From the human T2T-CHM13v2.0 reference genome, Homo sapiens, in assembly GCF_009914755.1 (NCBI RefSeq), contig NC_060936.1: a DNA stretch of 64,000 bases. One strand, given 5' to 3'. A program made the translations under genes and the position numbers. The notes under the pieces are model-generated. The model made no database searches, was not told the origin of the DNA, and saw nothing but the letters and a program-made list of their open reading frames with translations. Each line of letters opens with the position of its first letter. Positions within the stretch are counted from its first letter, which is position 1. Positions 27,215 through 48,059 of the stretch are shown piece after piece.

Positions 27215-30200
27215 ATTGAATACAATGTGATATTTCAATACATGTATACATTGTGTAATAATCAAATCATGGTTATTAGTGTATCCATCACCTTATACAT
27301 TTATAATTTCTTAATTATGAGTACATTCAAAGTCCTCTCTTCTAGCTTTTTGAAATATATAATGCATTATTGTTAGCTATTGTCACCCTACTATGCAGTA
27401 AGTACCAACAACTTATTCCTCCTAACTGGAACATTGCACTCATTGACCAATTCCTCCCCATCTTCCCCTTCCCCTGTTTTTCCTGTCTTTGGTAACCACA
27501 ATTTTACTCTTAATGTCTACGAGATCAATTTGTTTAGATTCTTCACATGAATGACATCATGCAATATTTTTCTTTCTGTACCTGACTTATTTCCCTTAAC
27601 ATAATGTTCTCCAGGCTCAACTATTTTTTTGTAAATGACAGGATTTCATCCTTTTTTAGTGGCAGAATGGTAGTCAATTTTGTATATATGCCACATTTTC
27701 TTTATCCATTTCTCTGTTAATGGCATTTAGGTTGATTCCATGTTTTGGCTAAAATCAACAGTGCTGCAATTAACATGGGAGTGCAAAATGACTCTTCAGC
27801 ATACTCATTTCATTTTCTGTGACGATATACCCAGTAGTGGGATTGCTGGATCATATGGTATATCTATTTTTAATTTTTTGAGGAATATCCATGCTGTTTT
27901 TCATAATGGCTGTAGTAATTTCCATTCCCAACAGTGTATAAGACTTTCCTTTTTTCCACAGTATTGCCAGCATTTTTTCTTTTCTTTTTTTTGTTTTGTT
28001 TTTGGTCTTTTATGACAGCCTTTCTTAGTGGGGTGAGGTGATATCTCATTCTGCTTTTTATTTGCATTTCCCTGATTGTTAGTGATATTGAGCATTTTTT
28101 TCATATAACTGTTGTCCATTTCTATATCTTTCTTGGAGAAATATCTATTCAGGTATTTTGTCCATTTTTAAATTACATTATTTTTCTATTGAGTTGTTTG
28201 AATTCCTTATAATTCTAGATAATAACCTCTTGTCAGATGTATAATTTGTAAATATTTTCTCTCATTCTGTAGGTATTCTCCTTAGTCTGTTGATTGTTTT
28301 CTATACACAAGATTTTTAACTTGATGTAATTACTGTATTTTTGCTATTGTTGCCTGAGTTATTGAGATCTTGTCTAATAAATCCTTGCCCAGGCTGAAGT
28401 TATGTAGCATTTCTCCTTGCATTATTCTAATAGTTTCATAGTTTTGGGTTTTACATTTAAATCTTTAATCTATTTTGAATTGAATTTTGTATATGGTGAG
28501 AAATAGAGGTCTAGTTTTATTCTATTGTATGCAGAGATTCAGTTTTTTCATCATCATTTATTGAAAAGAGTGACCTTTCCTCGATTTGTGTTCTTGGCCT
28601 CTTTTTCAGATCAGTTGGTTGTAAATGCATGAATTTATTTCTGGCATTTCTGTTTTGTTCCATTTGTCTTTTTGTCTTTTCTATATTTTTAGCCAGTACA
28701 ATGCAGTTTTGGTTACTATAGCTTTGTAGCATATTTTTAAGCCAAGTTGTTTGATGTCTCTAGCTTTGTCCGTTTGCTCAGAATTGCTTTAGTTATTCAG
28801 TCTGTTGTGGACTTCCAGTCATGTGTTGAATAGGACTGGTAAATGTGGGAAATTTTATCTTGTTCCAGATCTTAGAGGAAAAGCTTTCAACTATTCCTCA
28901 TTCAGCATTACGCTGCCTATGGATTTGTCATAGATGGCCTTTGTTATGTTGAAGTATGTTCCTTCTATACCTAATTGTTGAGAGCTTTTATTATGTAGAG
29001 GTGTTGAATTTTGTCAAATGGATCTGCATCTATTAAAATGATCATATAATTTTTGTCTGACTCTATTGATGTGATGTATCATGTTTATTGATTTAAATAT
29101 GTTGAAATATGCTTGCATCCCTGGGATGAATCCCACTTGATTTTTAAAATTTGTTGTTAAATTTGGTTTGCTGGTATTTTGTTGACTATTTTTTTCATCT
29201 CAGTTCATCAAGGGTATTGGCCTGAAGTATTTTTGTTGCTGTTGTGTCTTTCTCTGGTTTTAGAATCAGTGTGATGATGGCTTCACATAATAAATTTGAA
29301 AGAGTTCCCTCCTTTTAAATTTATTAAGATAGTTTGTAAAGAATTGTATTCATTATTTTAAAGATATTTTGTAGAATTTAGCCATGAAGTCGTCATGTCT
29401 TGGACTTTCCTTTAATGAAAGACATTTTATTACCGCTTAAGATCTCATTACTCATTATTTGTTGATTCACATTTTCTATTTCTTCTTAATTCAGTCTTGG
29501 CAGATTTTTTAAATTATTTTTATTTCAATAGATTTTGGGGTACAGGCAGCTTTTGGTTACATGGATAAGTTCTTTAGTGATGCCTGAGACTTTTGTGTAC
29601 CTGTCACCTAAGAAGTGTACAATGTATGCAATATGTAGTATTATATCCATTATATCCTTCACCACCCTCCCAACCTTCAACCACCCTTGGTGGGTTTTTA
29701 TGTTCAGGAACTGATCCATTTCTTCTAGATTTTTCATATTGTTGGCATATCATTAATTGTGCATAGTAGTTTCTTATGAACATTTGTATTTTAGTTGCAT
29801 CAGTTGTAATGCCTCCTTTTTAAACTGATTTTATTTATTTGACTCCTGTCTTTTTTTTCATGGTTAGTCTTGCTAAAGGTTTGCCAATTTTGTTTATGCT
29901 TTTATAAAATCAGCTCTGCATTTCATTTATCTTTTGTGTTGTTTTTAGGTCTCTACTGTACTCTGATTTTATTATTTTCCTTCTAATGTGAGTTTATTTT
30001 ATTCTTGCTTTTCTATCCTTGAGAACCATCATTTGGTGGTTCATTTGAGAGCTTTTTTTGATGTAGACATCTATTGCTATAAACTTGCTTCTAAGGACCA
30101 CTTTTGCTGTATTCCATAAGTTTTAGTATGTTGTGTTTTCATCTTCATTTGTCTTTAGAAAGTTTTAAAATGTCTCTTTTAATTTCTTCATTGGCTTACA

Positions 30201-31010
30201 GGTTGTTTAGAAACATGCTGTTTAATTTCCATGTACTTGCAGCATTTCAGAACTCCTCCTTTTGTTGAATTCTAGTTTTATTTCATTATGGTGAAAAAAT
30301 GATACTTGATATGATTTTAGTTTTTTTGAATTTTTAAAGACTTTTTTGGTAAACTAACATATAGTCTATCCTGGAGAACATACTATGTGCAGTATAGAAG
30401 AATGTGCATTCTGCAGCTGTTGGATAGAATGTTCTGTAAATGTCTGTTAAGTCCATTTGGTCTAGAGTGCAATTTAAATCTGATTTTTTTTGCTTGGTTT
30501 TCTGTAAATAATCTGTCCATTGCAGGAAGCAGGGTGTTGAAATCTCCTACTATTATTGTATTACTATGTATCTCTCCCTGTAAATCTATTAATGTTTCCT
30601 TTATGTATTTAGATGCTTTGATGTTGGGTGCATAGGTATTCATGATTGCTATATGCTCTGGTTGTATTGACCCTTTTATCATTATATAATGACCTTGTCT
30701 CTTTATGTTTTAACTAGAAATTTATGTTTATCTGAGAGAGTATAGCTACTCTTGTTTTGTTTTGGTTTTTATTTGTATAGAGTATCTTTTTGCACTCATT
30801 CACTCTCAGTCTATGCATGTCTGTATAGGTGAAGTAAGTCTCTTGTTGGCAACGTATGGTTGAGTCTTGTTATTTTATCCATTCATTCAACTTTCTTTTA
30901 ACTGGAGAATTGAGTCTATATACATTCAGTGTGATTCTTGAAAGTAAGAACTTACCTCTGCCTTTTTGCTGTGCTTTTTTGAGCTGTGATTTTGTATCTC
31001 TTAAAAAAAA
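27215..31010 (-). mobile_element. L1MA-type relic, with a short L1PB-type 3' end inserted at ~29506-29686
   Basis: L1MA 3' UTR motifs. Antisense ORF2 remnants, for example 30383..30682 with endonuclease NTYAPN...IVGDFNTLL. Confidence 0.85.
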
Positions 31011-31029
31011 TCTTCCTATCCTTCTCTTC

Positions 31030-34000
31030 TCCTTATCCTTCCTTGTCTAGTATCCTCTGTTTGACTTTTTACTTCTATGAGATCAACTCTTAAGCTTCCA
31101 CATATGAGTGAAAACACATGGTGCAAAATATTCTGCTCCTGGCTTATTTCATTTATCATAATGTTGTCAAATTCTATTCATGTTGATGCAAATGACAAGA
31201 TTTAATTCTTTTTTATAGCTAATTAGTATTCTATGTATCTCTCTAAACATACAGATATATGTCTATCTATCATCCATCTATCTCATGTTTTATCCATTTA
31301 TTTGTTGTTGGACACTGAGATTAATGCTATATTTTGGCTCCTGTGAACAGGGATGTGATAAACATCTAGGTGCAGACATATTTTTATTTAGTGATTTTAT
31401 TTCCTTTGGATAAATTCTCAATAGTGTGATTGCTAGATTGTAAGGTATTTCCATTGTAGTTTATTGAGGAACCCCTTTACTCTTCCCTTTGTGGCCATAC
31501 TAGTTTACATTACCACCAACTGTCTGTAAGAATTCTCTGTAGTCTGCATCCTTGCAAGCATTTATAGTTTGTCTTTTTTTATGATAGCCATTCTAACTGG
31601 GGTGAGAGGATACCTCATTGTGGTTTTTATTTGCATATCTCTTTTAATTAGTGATGTTGACAATTTTTTTTCATATATTTGTTAGCCAATTGTATGTCTT
31701 CTTTTGAGCAATGTCTGTTCAGACTATTTGCCCATTCTTTTAAAAATTAAATTGCTGATCTTTTTGCTGTTGAACTGTTTGAGTTCCTTGTATACTCTGA
31801 ATATTAATCTTCTGTTGAATGAGTAGCTTGGAAATATTTTCTCACATTCTGTATACTGGCTCTTCACCCTGTTGATTATTTCTATTGCCATACAGAGCAT
31901 TTTAGTTGGTTATTATCTCATTTATTCATTTTTGCTTTTGTTGCCTGTTTTTTTAAGGTCTTACTCATAAAATCTTTTTGCAGACCAATGTCCTGTAATA
32001 TTTTCCCTACAATTTCTTAGAGTAGTTTTATTGTTTCTGGTATAACATTTAGATCTTTGATCCATTTTGAGTTTTTTTTGTAATAGCATAAGAGGTAGGA
32101 GCTCTTTTTCATTATTCTGCATGTGTATATTCAGTTTTTTCAGCACAATTATTGAACAGGCTGTCCTTGCCCCAGTGAGAGTTTTTGGTATTTTTGTCAA
32201 AAAAACAGTTGGCTATACATATGTGGATTAATTTCTGGCTTTTCTATTCTGTTCAACTAGTTTGTGTGTCTGTTTTTATGCTAGTATCATGCTGTTTTGG
32301 TTACTGTATCTTTGTAGTATATTCTGACCTCTGGTAGTGTAATGAATCTGGCTTTGGTCTTTTTGATAAGAACTGCTCTGGAGATTTGAAGAGTTTTGTG
32401 GTTCTGTAGACATTTTCTAATATTTTCTATTTCAGTGAAGAGTGTCATTGGTATTTTGATATGAATTGCATGAATTTGTGGATTGATTTGGATAGTAGTG
32501 TCATTTAAACAATACTGATTTTTCTAATTCATAAACACAGGATTTCTTTCTACATGTTTGTATCCTCTTCAGTATTTTTCATCAGCATTTTGTACATTTT
32601 CTTGGAGAAGTTTTTACCTCCTTGGCAAAATTTATTCCTAGGTCTTTTTTTTGGAGCTCTTGTAAATAGGTTTGTCCTTCTGATTATTTTAGCTAATTCA
32701 TTGTTTATTTATAGAAACACTACTGATTTTTGTATATTAATTTTGCATCCAGCATCTTTATTGAAATCATTTCTAATGTTTTTTTGTAAGTCTCTAGATT
32801 TTTCTATATATAAGATGAGGTCATCTGCAAAAATGGACAAATTGACTTTCTCCTTTCCAATTTAAATGCTCTTCTTTATTTCTCTTTCTTATTTGCCCTG
32901 GCTGGAAATTCAGAACTATGTTGATTAGGAATTGTGAGATTAGACAAACTTGTTCTGTTTCTTAGGGCAAAAGCTCTCTGATTTTCCCCATTCAGAAAAT
33001 AGTTAGATGTGTGTTTTTCATATAGGACCTTTAATATGTTGATGCATTTTTCTTTTATACCTAATTTACTGAAAGTTTTTATCAGGAAGAGATATTCAAA
33101 TTTATTCAAAAGCATTTCCTGTGTCTACTAAGATGGTCACATAACTTTTATTCTACTGATGTGATGCATGACCCTACTGATTCACGTATTTTGAACCATT
33201 CTTGCATTCCTTGGATGAATCTCACTCAATCATGGTATTATTGCTTGGTATGTTGTTGGATTAGTTTGCTATTATTTTGTTGCATATTTTTGCAGCTATA
33301 TTTATCAGAAATACTTGCCTGTAGTTTTTTCTTTTTATTTCCTCATGTTCTAATTGGTTTTAATTTTGCAGTGTTTTGCTGGCCTTGTAGAATGAGTTAA
33401 GAAAATTCCCTTGGTTTCCCATTTTTAGAATTGTTTCAGAATAATGAGTTTTAATTCTTGTTAAAAAGAATTGTACCAGTAGAATTATACCCATAGAATT
33501 TAACAGTGAAGCCATACAGTCCTCAACTTGTATTTGTTGGAAGACTTTTTGTTACTGTTTCAACCATGTTACTTGCTATTGGTCTGTCAGATTTTCTATT
33601 TCTTCTTTATTCAATCATGATAGATTGTGTGTCAGGAATTTATCAATTTTCTCTAGGTTTTCAAATTTAAAATAGTGTTCAGAGTATCTCCTAATGATCC
33701 TTTGTATTTCTGTAGTAGCTGTTGTGAAATTTCCTTGTTAATTTCTGATTTTATTTAGTTGGGTCTTTTTTTTTCTTAGTCTAGCTAATGGTTTGTCAAT
33801 TTTGTTAATCTTTTCAAAAAACTAGCATTTTGCTTTGTTGATCTTTTTTATTTTTTTTGTTACTCTTTGTCATTTAGTTTTGCCATGATCTTATTTCTTT
33901 TATCTACTAATTTTGGGTTAGGTTTGAAAATTTTTATGTTAATTGATGTACATGTGCAGGTTGTTTATTTTTAAATTTTCTAGTTTTTTTTGATATAGGC

Positions 34001-34410
34001 CTCTATTGCTATAAACTTGCTTCTTAATGCTTCTTTTGCTGTGTCTCATAGGTTTTGGCATATTGTGTTTGTATTTTCATGTTTTTCAGATAATTTTTAA
34101 AATTTTATTCTTAATGTCTTTCTTCACTCATTGGTCATTTAAGAATATGTCATTTAATTTCTGTGTATTTGTATAGTTTTGAATGTTACTCTTGTTATTA
34201 TGTCTAGTTTTATTTCGTGTGGCCAGTTAAGATACCTGACATGTATTTGATTTTTTAAAAATAATTTTTGAGACCTGTTTTGTGTCCTAACATATGGTCT
34301 ATCCTGGCGATTGTTCCACATGCTAATGAAAAGTATGTGCATTCAGCAACTGTTGGGTGAAGTGTTCCTTAAATATCCATTAGGTCCACTTCATCTGTAG
34401 TGAAGGTTAT
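31030..34410 (-). mobile_element. Second old L1 relic (3' UTR and ORF2)
   Basis: L1 3' sequence restarts (ttccacatatgagtgaaaacacatg) and is colinear with ORF2. Confidence 0.8.
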
Positions 34411-37185
<2,775 letters not shown>

Positions 37186-37599
37186 AGTAAGGATGCCCCA
37201 TGTAATTCATGGTTCCACTTTGCCCACTAGTGAAAGCTTGAAAGTGACATGATTTTAGAATCCTAAAGAGAGCTCTGTCTACATGGAGACATCATCTTCT
37301 TAATATCCCTATACACAACTCTAACCACCAATAAATCTCCACTGTATAATTTGTACTTGTCCTAACTTCTATCAATATAAGTTTATGCCTGTGAATTAAG
37401 ACTTGATCTCCAGCAAAATTGGAAGAGAAATTTTTTCCTTCACTACGTTGTGAGCAATACATTTCTTTTTTAAGAAGCAGGCTTTTGATAGTAGTGAAAA
37501 TAGAGAATATAAGATATTTATAAACAGAGAAAAGATCGTGGAAAAGTGAGAGTATAAATACAAACAAAATTGTCTATCCATCAGTTTGTTTAGGACTGA

Positions 37600-38790
37600 T
37601 CTTATCAATGAAGATTATATTGTTTATATTCTCTACAAAAATGTGTCTTTGAGTCACTTGAATTAAAAATTAATTTTTGTTTGTCTGACAATACCAACAT
37701 CTGTGTCTTATTGTGGTTTGGTTTTGATGATTGCTGTATCTGTTCAGTGTGTGTTTTCATTGCCTTTTGATGTCTCAGAATTTTTTGTTGAAATCCATAA
37801 ATGTAGTATAGGAATGTCAATACTGAAGTAAATATTTATTTTACATGGAGATAATAACATCTTTCCTGCCACTAGGCATATATTGTGGGGGTCGTCAGTA
37901 ACAGGACTGGGCTTGAAGTTTTTTATTGTTTTCATTACCCTGGGAACATCAAAAGCATTAAATATCTTAGTAAAAATTTGTATATAAATTCTGCCCTCTG
38001 AGTATATTTTGTTTCTCCTTTTGCTGTATTACTCAGAAACAATCTGTCTCTTGCAGCTCTCCCAGCTATATTCCACTCTTATTGTTACCAGATACTCATT
38101 AGCAAGGGGATGATGTTGCCGTGAAGCTCAGTATTAGGCAAGCTCTGTGAATCTTGGTCTTGATGATGACCTGTTCCTCTCCAAGGAGTGGAGCTTTTCT
38201 CCTAGTTTCCCTTCCCAGCTGCAAGGGTTTTCACCAGTACTCTCAAACCATAGTTTTTGTTGTCCTACCCTTTTGGAGATAAAGACTTTTATTCTTTAAA
38301 GGTGAAATGAGAGATTGATCTTGAGCAGGCCTTGAACAGTAGTTGCTGTTCTCATACCCCAGCCAGTACCAATGGAGCTGCCTAGAGATTATCTGTAATC
38401 TTCATATAGAGTGCATAGTGGGGCTACTGAAAGAATCAGCTGCAAGAAGCATAAAGCCCCTGATGTGTGCAGACTTCAGGGAATTCACACTTTCTTTTGT
38501 CCAGCCACATTTGGTATTTAGCAACTCATTAAACATTTCTAGCTGAATCATTTTACTTATACAGCACTGGTTGACTTCTGCTTCAAGTAAACAAGTGTTC
38601 AAATCCTATGTCTTCTTACAGGAGCCCATCTCTCTCTAGATTTCCAGTTAGCTGTTTGCCTGGTAAGCTCAACTCCTGATGGGTTCAAGAAAAGTTATGA
38701 TTTGCATTTTATCCATCTTTTTCTATTGTAAGGGTGTGGGTGAGACATTCCTGCTCCCTGCATCTCTGATGGAAAGTGGAAGTCTCATTT
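37600..38790 (-). mobile_element. Ancient L1M 5'-region fragment
   Basis: Decayed L1M-like motifs (gggttcaagaaaagttatgatttgcattttatcc). Confidence 0.5.
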
Positions 38791-39083
38791 TTATTTCTTT
38801 GATATAAAGGAAAATGTGCTTCAATTACCTTTATAAATTTTCAAGACCAATTTGAATATTGTGAGAGTACCTATTTCCCTTATCTGATTTTTCTTAATAG
38901 ATTTTCTAATAATTCATATATTATGTATCTAGTAAACAAATAGTTTACCAAAACAAATAGTTTAATCCAGAGTGTAAGTAACTCTGGACTATTCTGTCAA
39001 AAGATTGATCCCTCATTCATTTTGTATTTATGATTTTGAATTATTTTCTTATATGAGCATTCCATTTAAGTTTTATAATGTTA

Positions 39084-39180
39084 TGAGCCCAGGAGTTGGA
39101 GGTTACAAAAAACTATGATCATACCACTACACTCCTACCTGGGTGCTAGAGAGAGACCTTGTCTCCAAAAGAAAAAAATA
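39084..39180 (+). mobile_element. Alu right-arm 3' fragment (AluJ/FRAM-like)
   Basis: tgagcccaggagttggaggttaca...gagaccttgtctcc followed by an A-rich tail. Confidence 0.75.
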
Positions 39181-39235
39181 TATATAAGCTTAAAAATCCA
39201 CAGCACATAGCCCTATCCCTGTTGGTGGAGATATT

Positions 39236-39237
39236 TC

Positions 39238-39269
<32 letters not shown>

Positions 39270-39535
39270 CTTTTCTTTCCTTTTCTTTTCTTTTCTTTCT
39301 TTCTTTCTTTCTTTTTCTTTCTTTTTATTATACTTTAAGTTCTAGGGTACATGTGCACAACATGCAGGTTTGTTACATATGTATACATGTGCCATGTTGG
39401 TGTGCTGCACCCATTAACTTGTCGTTTACATTAGGTATGTCTCCTAATGCTATCCCTCCCCCGTCCCCCCACCCCACGACAGGCCCGAGTGTGTGACGTT
39501 CCCCACCCTGTGTCCAAGTGTTCTCATTGTTCAAC
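39236..39535 (-). mobile_element. 5'-truncated younger L1PA 3' end with (TTTTC)n/(TTTC)n tail
   Basis: ttattatactttaagttctagggtacatgtgcacaac... TSD tggtgga(g/t)atatt at 39223-39235 and 39536-39548. Confidence 0.92.
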
Positions 39536-40442
39536 TGGTGGATATATTAAGTGCTGCCTTGGGTAACAACCCTCCAGCAGTGTCCCAGCTCTGCCACCTT
39601 TCCTGTGTTGTCTTTCTTCCCTAGACTTTTTCCCTCATGGTTGCAAGGTGGCTACTGCTCCCCAGGGCTAATATCCACAGTTCAGAATAGAGGAAAATGT
39701 CTCTCAGAAAGCTTTGTTGTTTTATTTCAGAAAGAAATCTCTTCCCAACTTGCAAGCCTCTGCCAAATATCTCATTGGCCTAAGCTGTAACCACTGAAGT
39801 ATAGCCAGTAGCAAAGGAGACATTCTTATATTTGCTTCTGTTATTCCACCAATAAGGACTGGATTTTGTTCTTCCTCTTCATCAATCTAGAGTCATCATT
39901 TCTCACCAAGACCTGCATTAGAAGCTTAGGCACACAACTCTGATTAGTGACTCATCACATATGGATAGGGTTAGAAATTACCTAGTACTTTTCTTTGCTG
40001 CCCTCACTGCTGCAGTCATACCTATGTCAAAGTTACACTCCTCTCTTCCAATGATTTGAGCTCCTCTCTCTTGTTTCAAGGCTACCCTCATCTTGAATCT
40101 TGGTTATTTTTAATACACTCAAGAGATAAAATTCCAAACTTCATGTACCTAAAACTTAGTCCATAATTCTTCCCCCTAAACCTGTTCTACACAGTCTTTC
40201 TCTTCTCAGTTGCTTTCCTTTATATATGATGCATCCAATCATTTGGGAAATCATATTAGCCTGTAAAGAATCTGTACAAAGTCCTTCAATTAACTAGCCT
40301 GCTTTCTGCCCAGCTACCAGCTCAAACTCTGAACTGGCAACTCAGTTTTCCACCTCCAATCCAGCCTCCTTCTAAGTGCATTCTGTATTCCAGCTTCCTC
40401 CACTCTGTTGTATCCCTGCAGACATTCTCACTCCCTTTATAG

Positions 40443-40764
40443 CAGCAGTCCCCAACCTTTTTGGCACCGATTTTTCCACAAACCAGGGGTGGTGGGAGGA
40501 ATGGTTTCAGATTGAAGCTGTTACACCTCAAATCATCAGGCATTAGTAAGATTCTTCTAAGGAATGCACAACCTAGATCGCTCACATGTGCAGTTCACAA
40601 TAGGATTCGTGCTCCTGTGAGAATCTAATGCTGCCTGTGATCTGACAGGAGCAGAGCTCAGGCGGTAATGCTTGCTCACAGGCCACTCACCTCCTGCTGT
40701 GTGGCCAAGTTCCTAGCAGGCCACCAACCAGTACAAGTCTGTGGCCCAGGGTTGGGGACAACTG
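40443..40764. mobile_element. MER1B-like hAT-Charlie MITE
   Basis: TIRs cagcagtccccaacc and ggttggggacaactg. TSD ctttatag/cttatag. Confidence 0.9.
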
Positions 40765-41297
40765 CTTATAGTACACATAAATAACCGTAGTGTTTTTACA
40801 CTCAGTTTCCCTACCTTTCCTTCCTCCATTCTCTTTACCATTAGAGATTTACATCATTTTTATATATTGACTGTCATTTCAATAGGAGGCAGAATAAAAA
40901 GACAAATAGAAATATGTCTGTCCATTTTACTCTCTTGTACTAGAAGCCCTATGTTAATTTAGTAAGTCCTCTTCTACCTCTAAAATCCTTTCCTTTTTTA
41001 TTTCATCCATAAGTTACAAATAATATGAGCATATTTAGTTTTTAATATATACCTTGATGACCTTCATGAAACCCAGTTTCATTACAGAAGCTACTTTTTA
41101 AACATTTCATTCTCTGAGATTATTTTTGGAAATTTAGTGTTTGTGTTCTAATAGGACACAATGGGTGGCATAAATGGTCTAAAGAGTCCTCCTGAATCTG
41201 GGAAAGCAGTCTTTTGACAATATGTGACACTACAAATGCCCTTTGAAGATGAGTTTTTCTAACATTGTTCTCTTATCCTTTGATGCAGACACTTGTC

Positions 41298-45975
<4,678 letters not shown>

Positions 45976-45984
45976 ACCTTTACC

Positions 45985-46083
45985 CACTTTGGGAGGCCGA
46001 GAAGGGTGGATCATGAGGTCAGGAGATCAAGACCATCCTGGCTAACATGGTGAAACCCTGTCTCTACTAAAAAAAAAAAAAAA
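45985..46083 (+). mobile_element. Left-monomer-only AluY/Sc fragment with A tail
   Basis: cactttgggaggccgag...ctctact plus A15. Flanked by aaaaaacctttacc and aaaaaaccctttcc. Confidence 0.85.
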
Positions 46084-46173
46084 CCCTTTCCCCCCACCCA
46101 ACTTTGAGAGCCTCACTCATTAGTCAGAGTTCTCACTTTCATTCTTACTACCCATGTCTTCTTGCAAGATAGA

Positions 46174-47800
46174 TCAATAGTAATTCATATAGTGCACTTG
46201 TGCTGAAGAATTTTGATGAACTAAGGCAGCAATGAAGCTTTTTATCATTTGAAGAAGTACAGGTAGCAAACAAGGGAGCAGTAGGCAGGTTCCTATTATT
46301 ATTATAACTTCTATTATAAGAGTTTTAAATCCTTCTAGTGCTGGGAGCCATTTTCCAAACATGGCCCCAGGATCAAACCCATGCCACACTTGCATGGGCA
46401 CATGTGCCAGTTTTGTCATATCTCTAACTATGTCTTCAACTACTTGCCCTTGATCATCTATGTGTAGACAGCAGTTAGTAAGGTTAAATTTCCCACAGAC
46501 CCCTTCTTCAGCTGCTAGCAAGTAGTCAAGAGCCAATCTATTTTGATAGATAGCATTTCTCATCTGAGTTTCTTGCCTGGCCAGAATAGTCAAGACTCTG
46601 CTGGTCTTATTAGTGATTATTTCTAAGACAGCTTGTAACCGTATGATTCAGTCGATCATGTAAATGGGGGTCTGGTATTCCCACGAGCTGTCTTGTGCCC
46701 AAATAGCAGGCCCATAATATTGTATGATTCTTTCAGGGGGCCATTCATCATCTTTCCAATTTCCTATAGCCATGCTTCTCTTTTCGTGGGAAACATAGAC
46801 AGGGAAGCCCAGGAGTTCACCTGTCTTTATGGGCAGTAGGAGGAAAGATGGTTTAATAGTGCCAATAACACAACTACCTGCCCACTGGTCGGGTAATTTG
46901 GTGTAAGCTCTATGCCCTCATATCCAGTATAATCCAGTGGGGGCTGTCCAGTCCCGGTGGGACTCCAGGTGGGTCCACATGGTTTTTAACTTTGGGAATT
47001 TACTAAATGGATTTTTTTTTAGTGTGGTTTGAACTTCACTAGGTGGCTCTTTTTGTACTATTATTATATGGTTTTTGCCTAAGGCAGCTGAGTCTTCCTA
47101 CAGGAAGGGTGAAGTCCTTCCCTACTCTTGCTATACAGTTTGTCTAGTGATTGAGGCTTTTAGGACCCAGAAGTTATCAGGCTGATTCTTTTGAGCCAGG
47201 AATTCATCAGGAACTGGGTCTGTAGGTATTAATTCTTGGGCTTCCCATGGCCATTGATCTCCCATTACAGTTCCTCCAAATACATAACATGAAGTGACAC
47301 TGAGAGACTGGGCTACATGCTCAGCTAATTGCAAAAACGAATTTCTTGTTTTTCCTGGAATTTCTGGTACTGGCACATTCGGTTCATCATACTGGCTCAG
47401 GAGAGCATTTATAAACTTCTCCTTAAACTATGATATTTACTCGAGGATCCAGTCCAGCCCCATCTATTCCTAGGGTTACAGGCTCCCCTTTTTTCCAGCA
47501 AGGATCAAGGGGGCTGGTTATTACTAGCTCTAAGGGGTTACACTGACCACTGGTACAGGAACGGCCGCTTTTCCCTTTCTGAAGGTGGACAAAATCCTTT
47601 TCATTTTTTATCCAAGTAGCCTAAATTACACAAGACCAGTATCCACATTCATTTCCACACAGTCCTAATTCATGACAAATGTACTTATTTTCTGCCATAT
47701 AGCCTCTTTCCTAATTAAGAGAACCACATCCTATTCCTAACTTATTACTATTAATGATAGCACAGACATCAAATTTCAAGGTGACTTTCTTGGGCACCCC
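46174..47800 (-). pseudogene. HERV-E-like env relic (SU disrupted, TM frame open at 46174-46593)
   Basis: Immunosuppressive motif [18 protein letters not shown], Cys loop [10 protein letters not shown] and a hydrophobic anchor. SU fragment FLQLAEHVAQSLSVTSCYV. Confidence 0.88.
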
Positions 47801-48059
47801 TTTTTCTTCTGTTTTGGCTAACACTTTACTCATATTGTTTATGAGCCCCCGTCAGTTCTCAGTCCTTAATCTTATTTCAAAAACTGTGGTCATGGGAAGC
47901 TCAGATGGATCATAACACACATCAGGTTGGTCATTTCCTGGGCTACCTACCTTGTATAGAATAGTATTATACAAACAAGTTCTTTTTAGAGTCCTGGTAC
48001 ACTTACAATAACCATAAAATAATAAGACTGTAGAAACTTTTTGTCCTACCTCAGTGATT

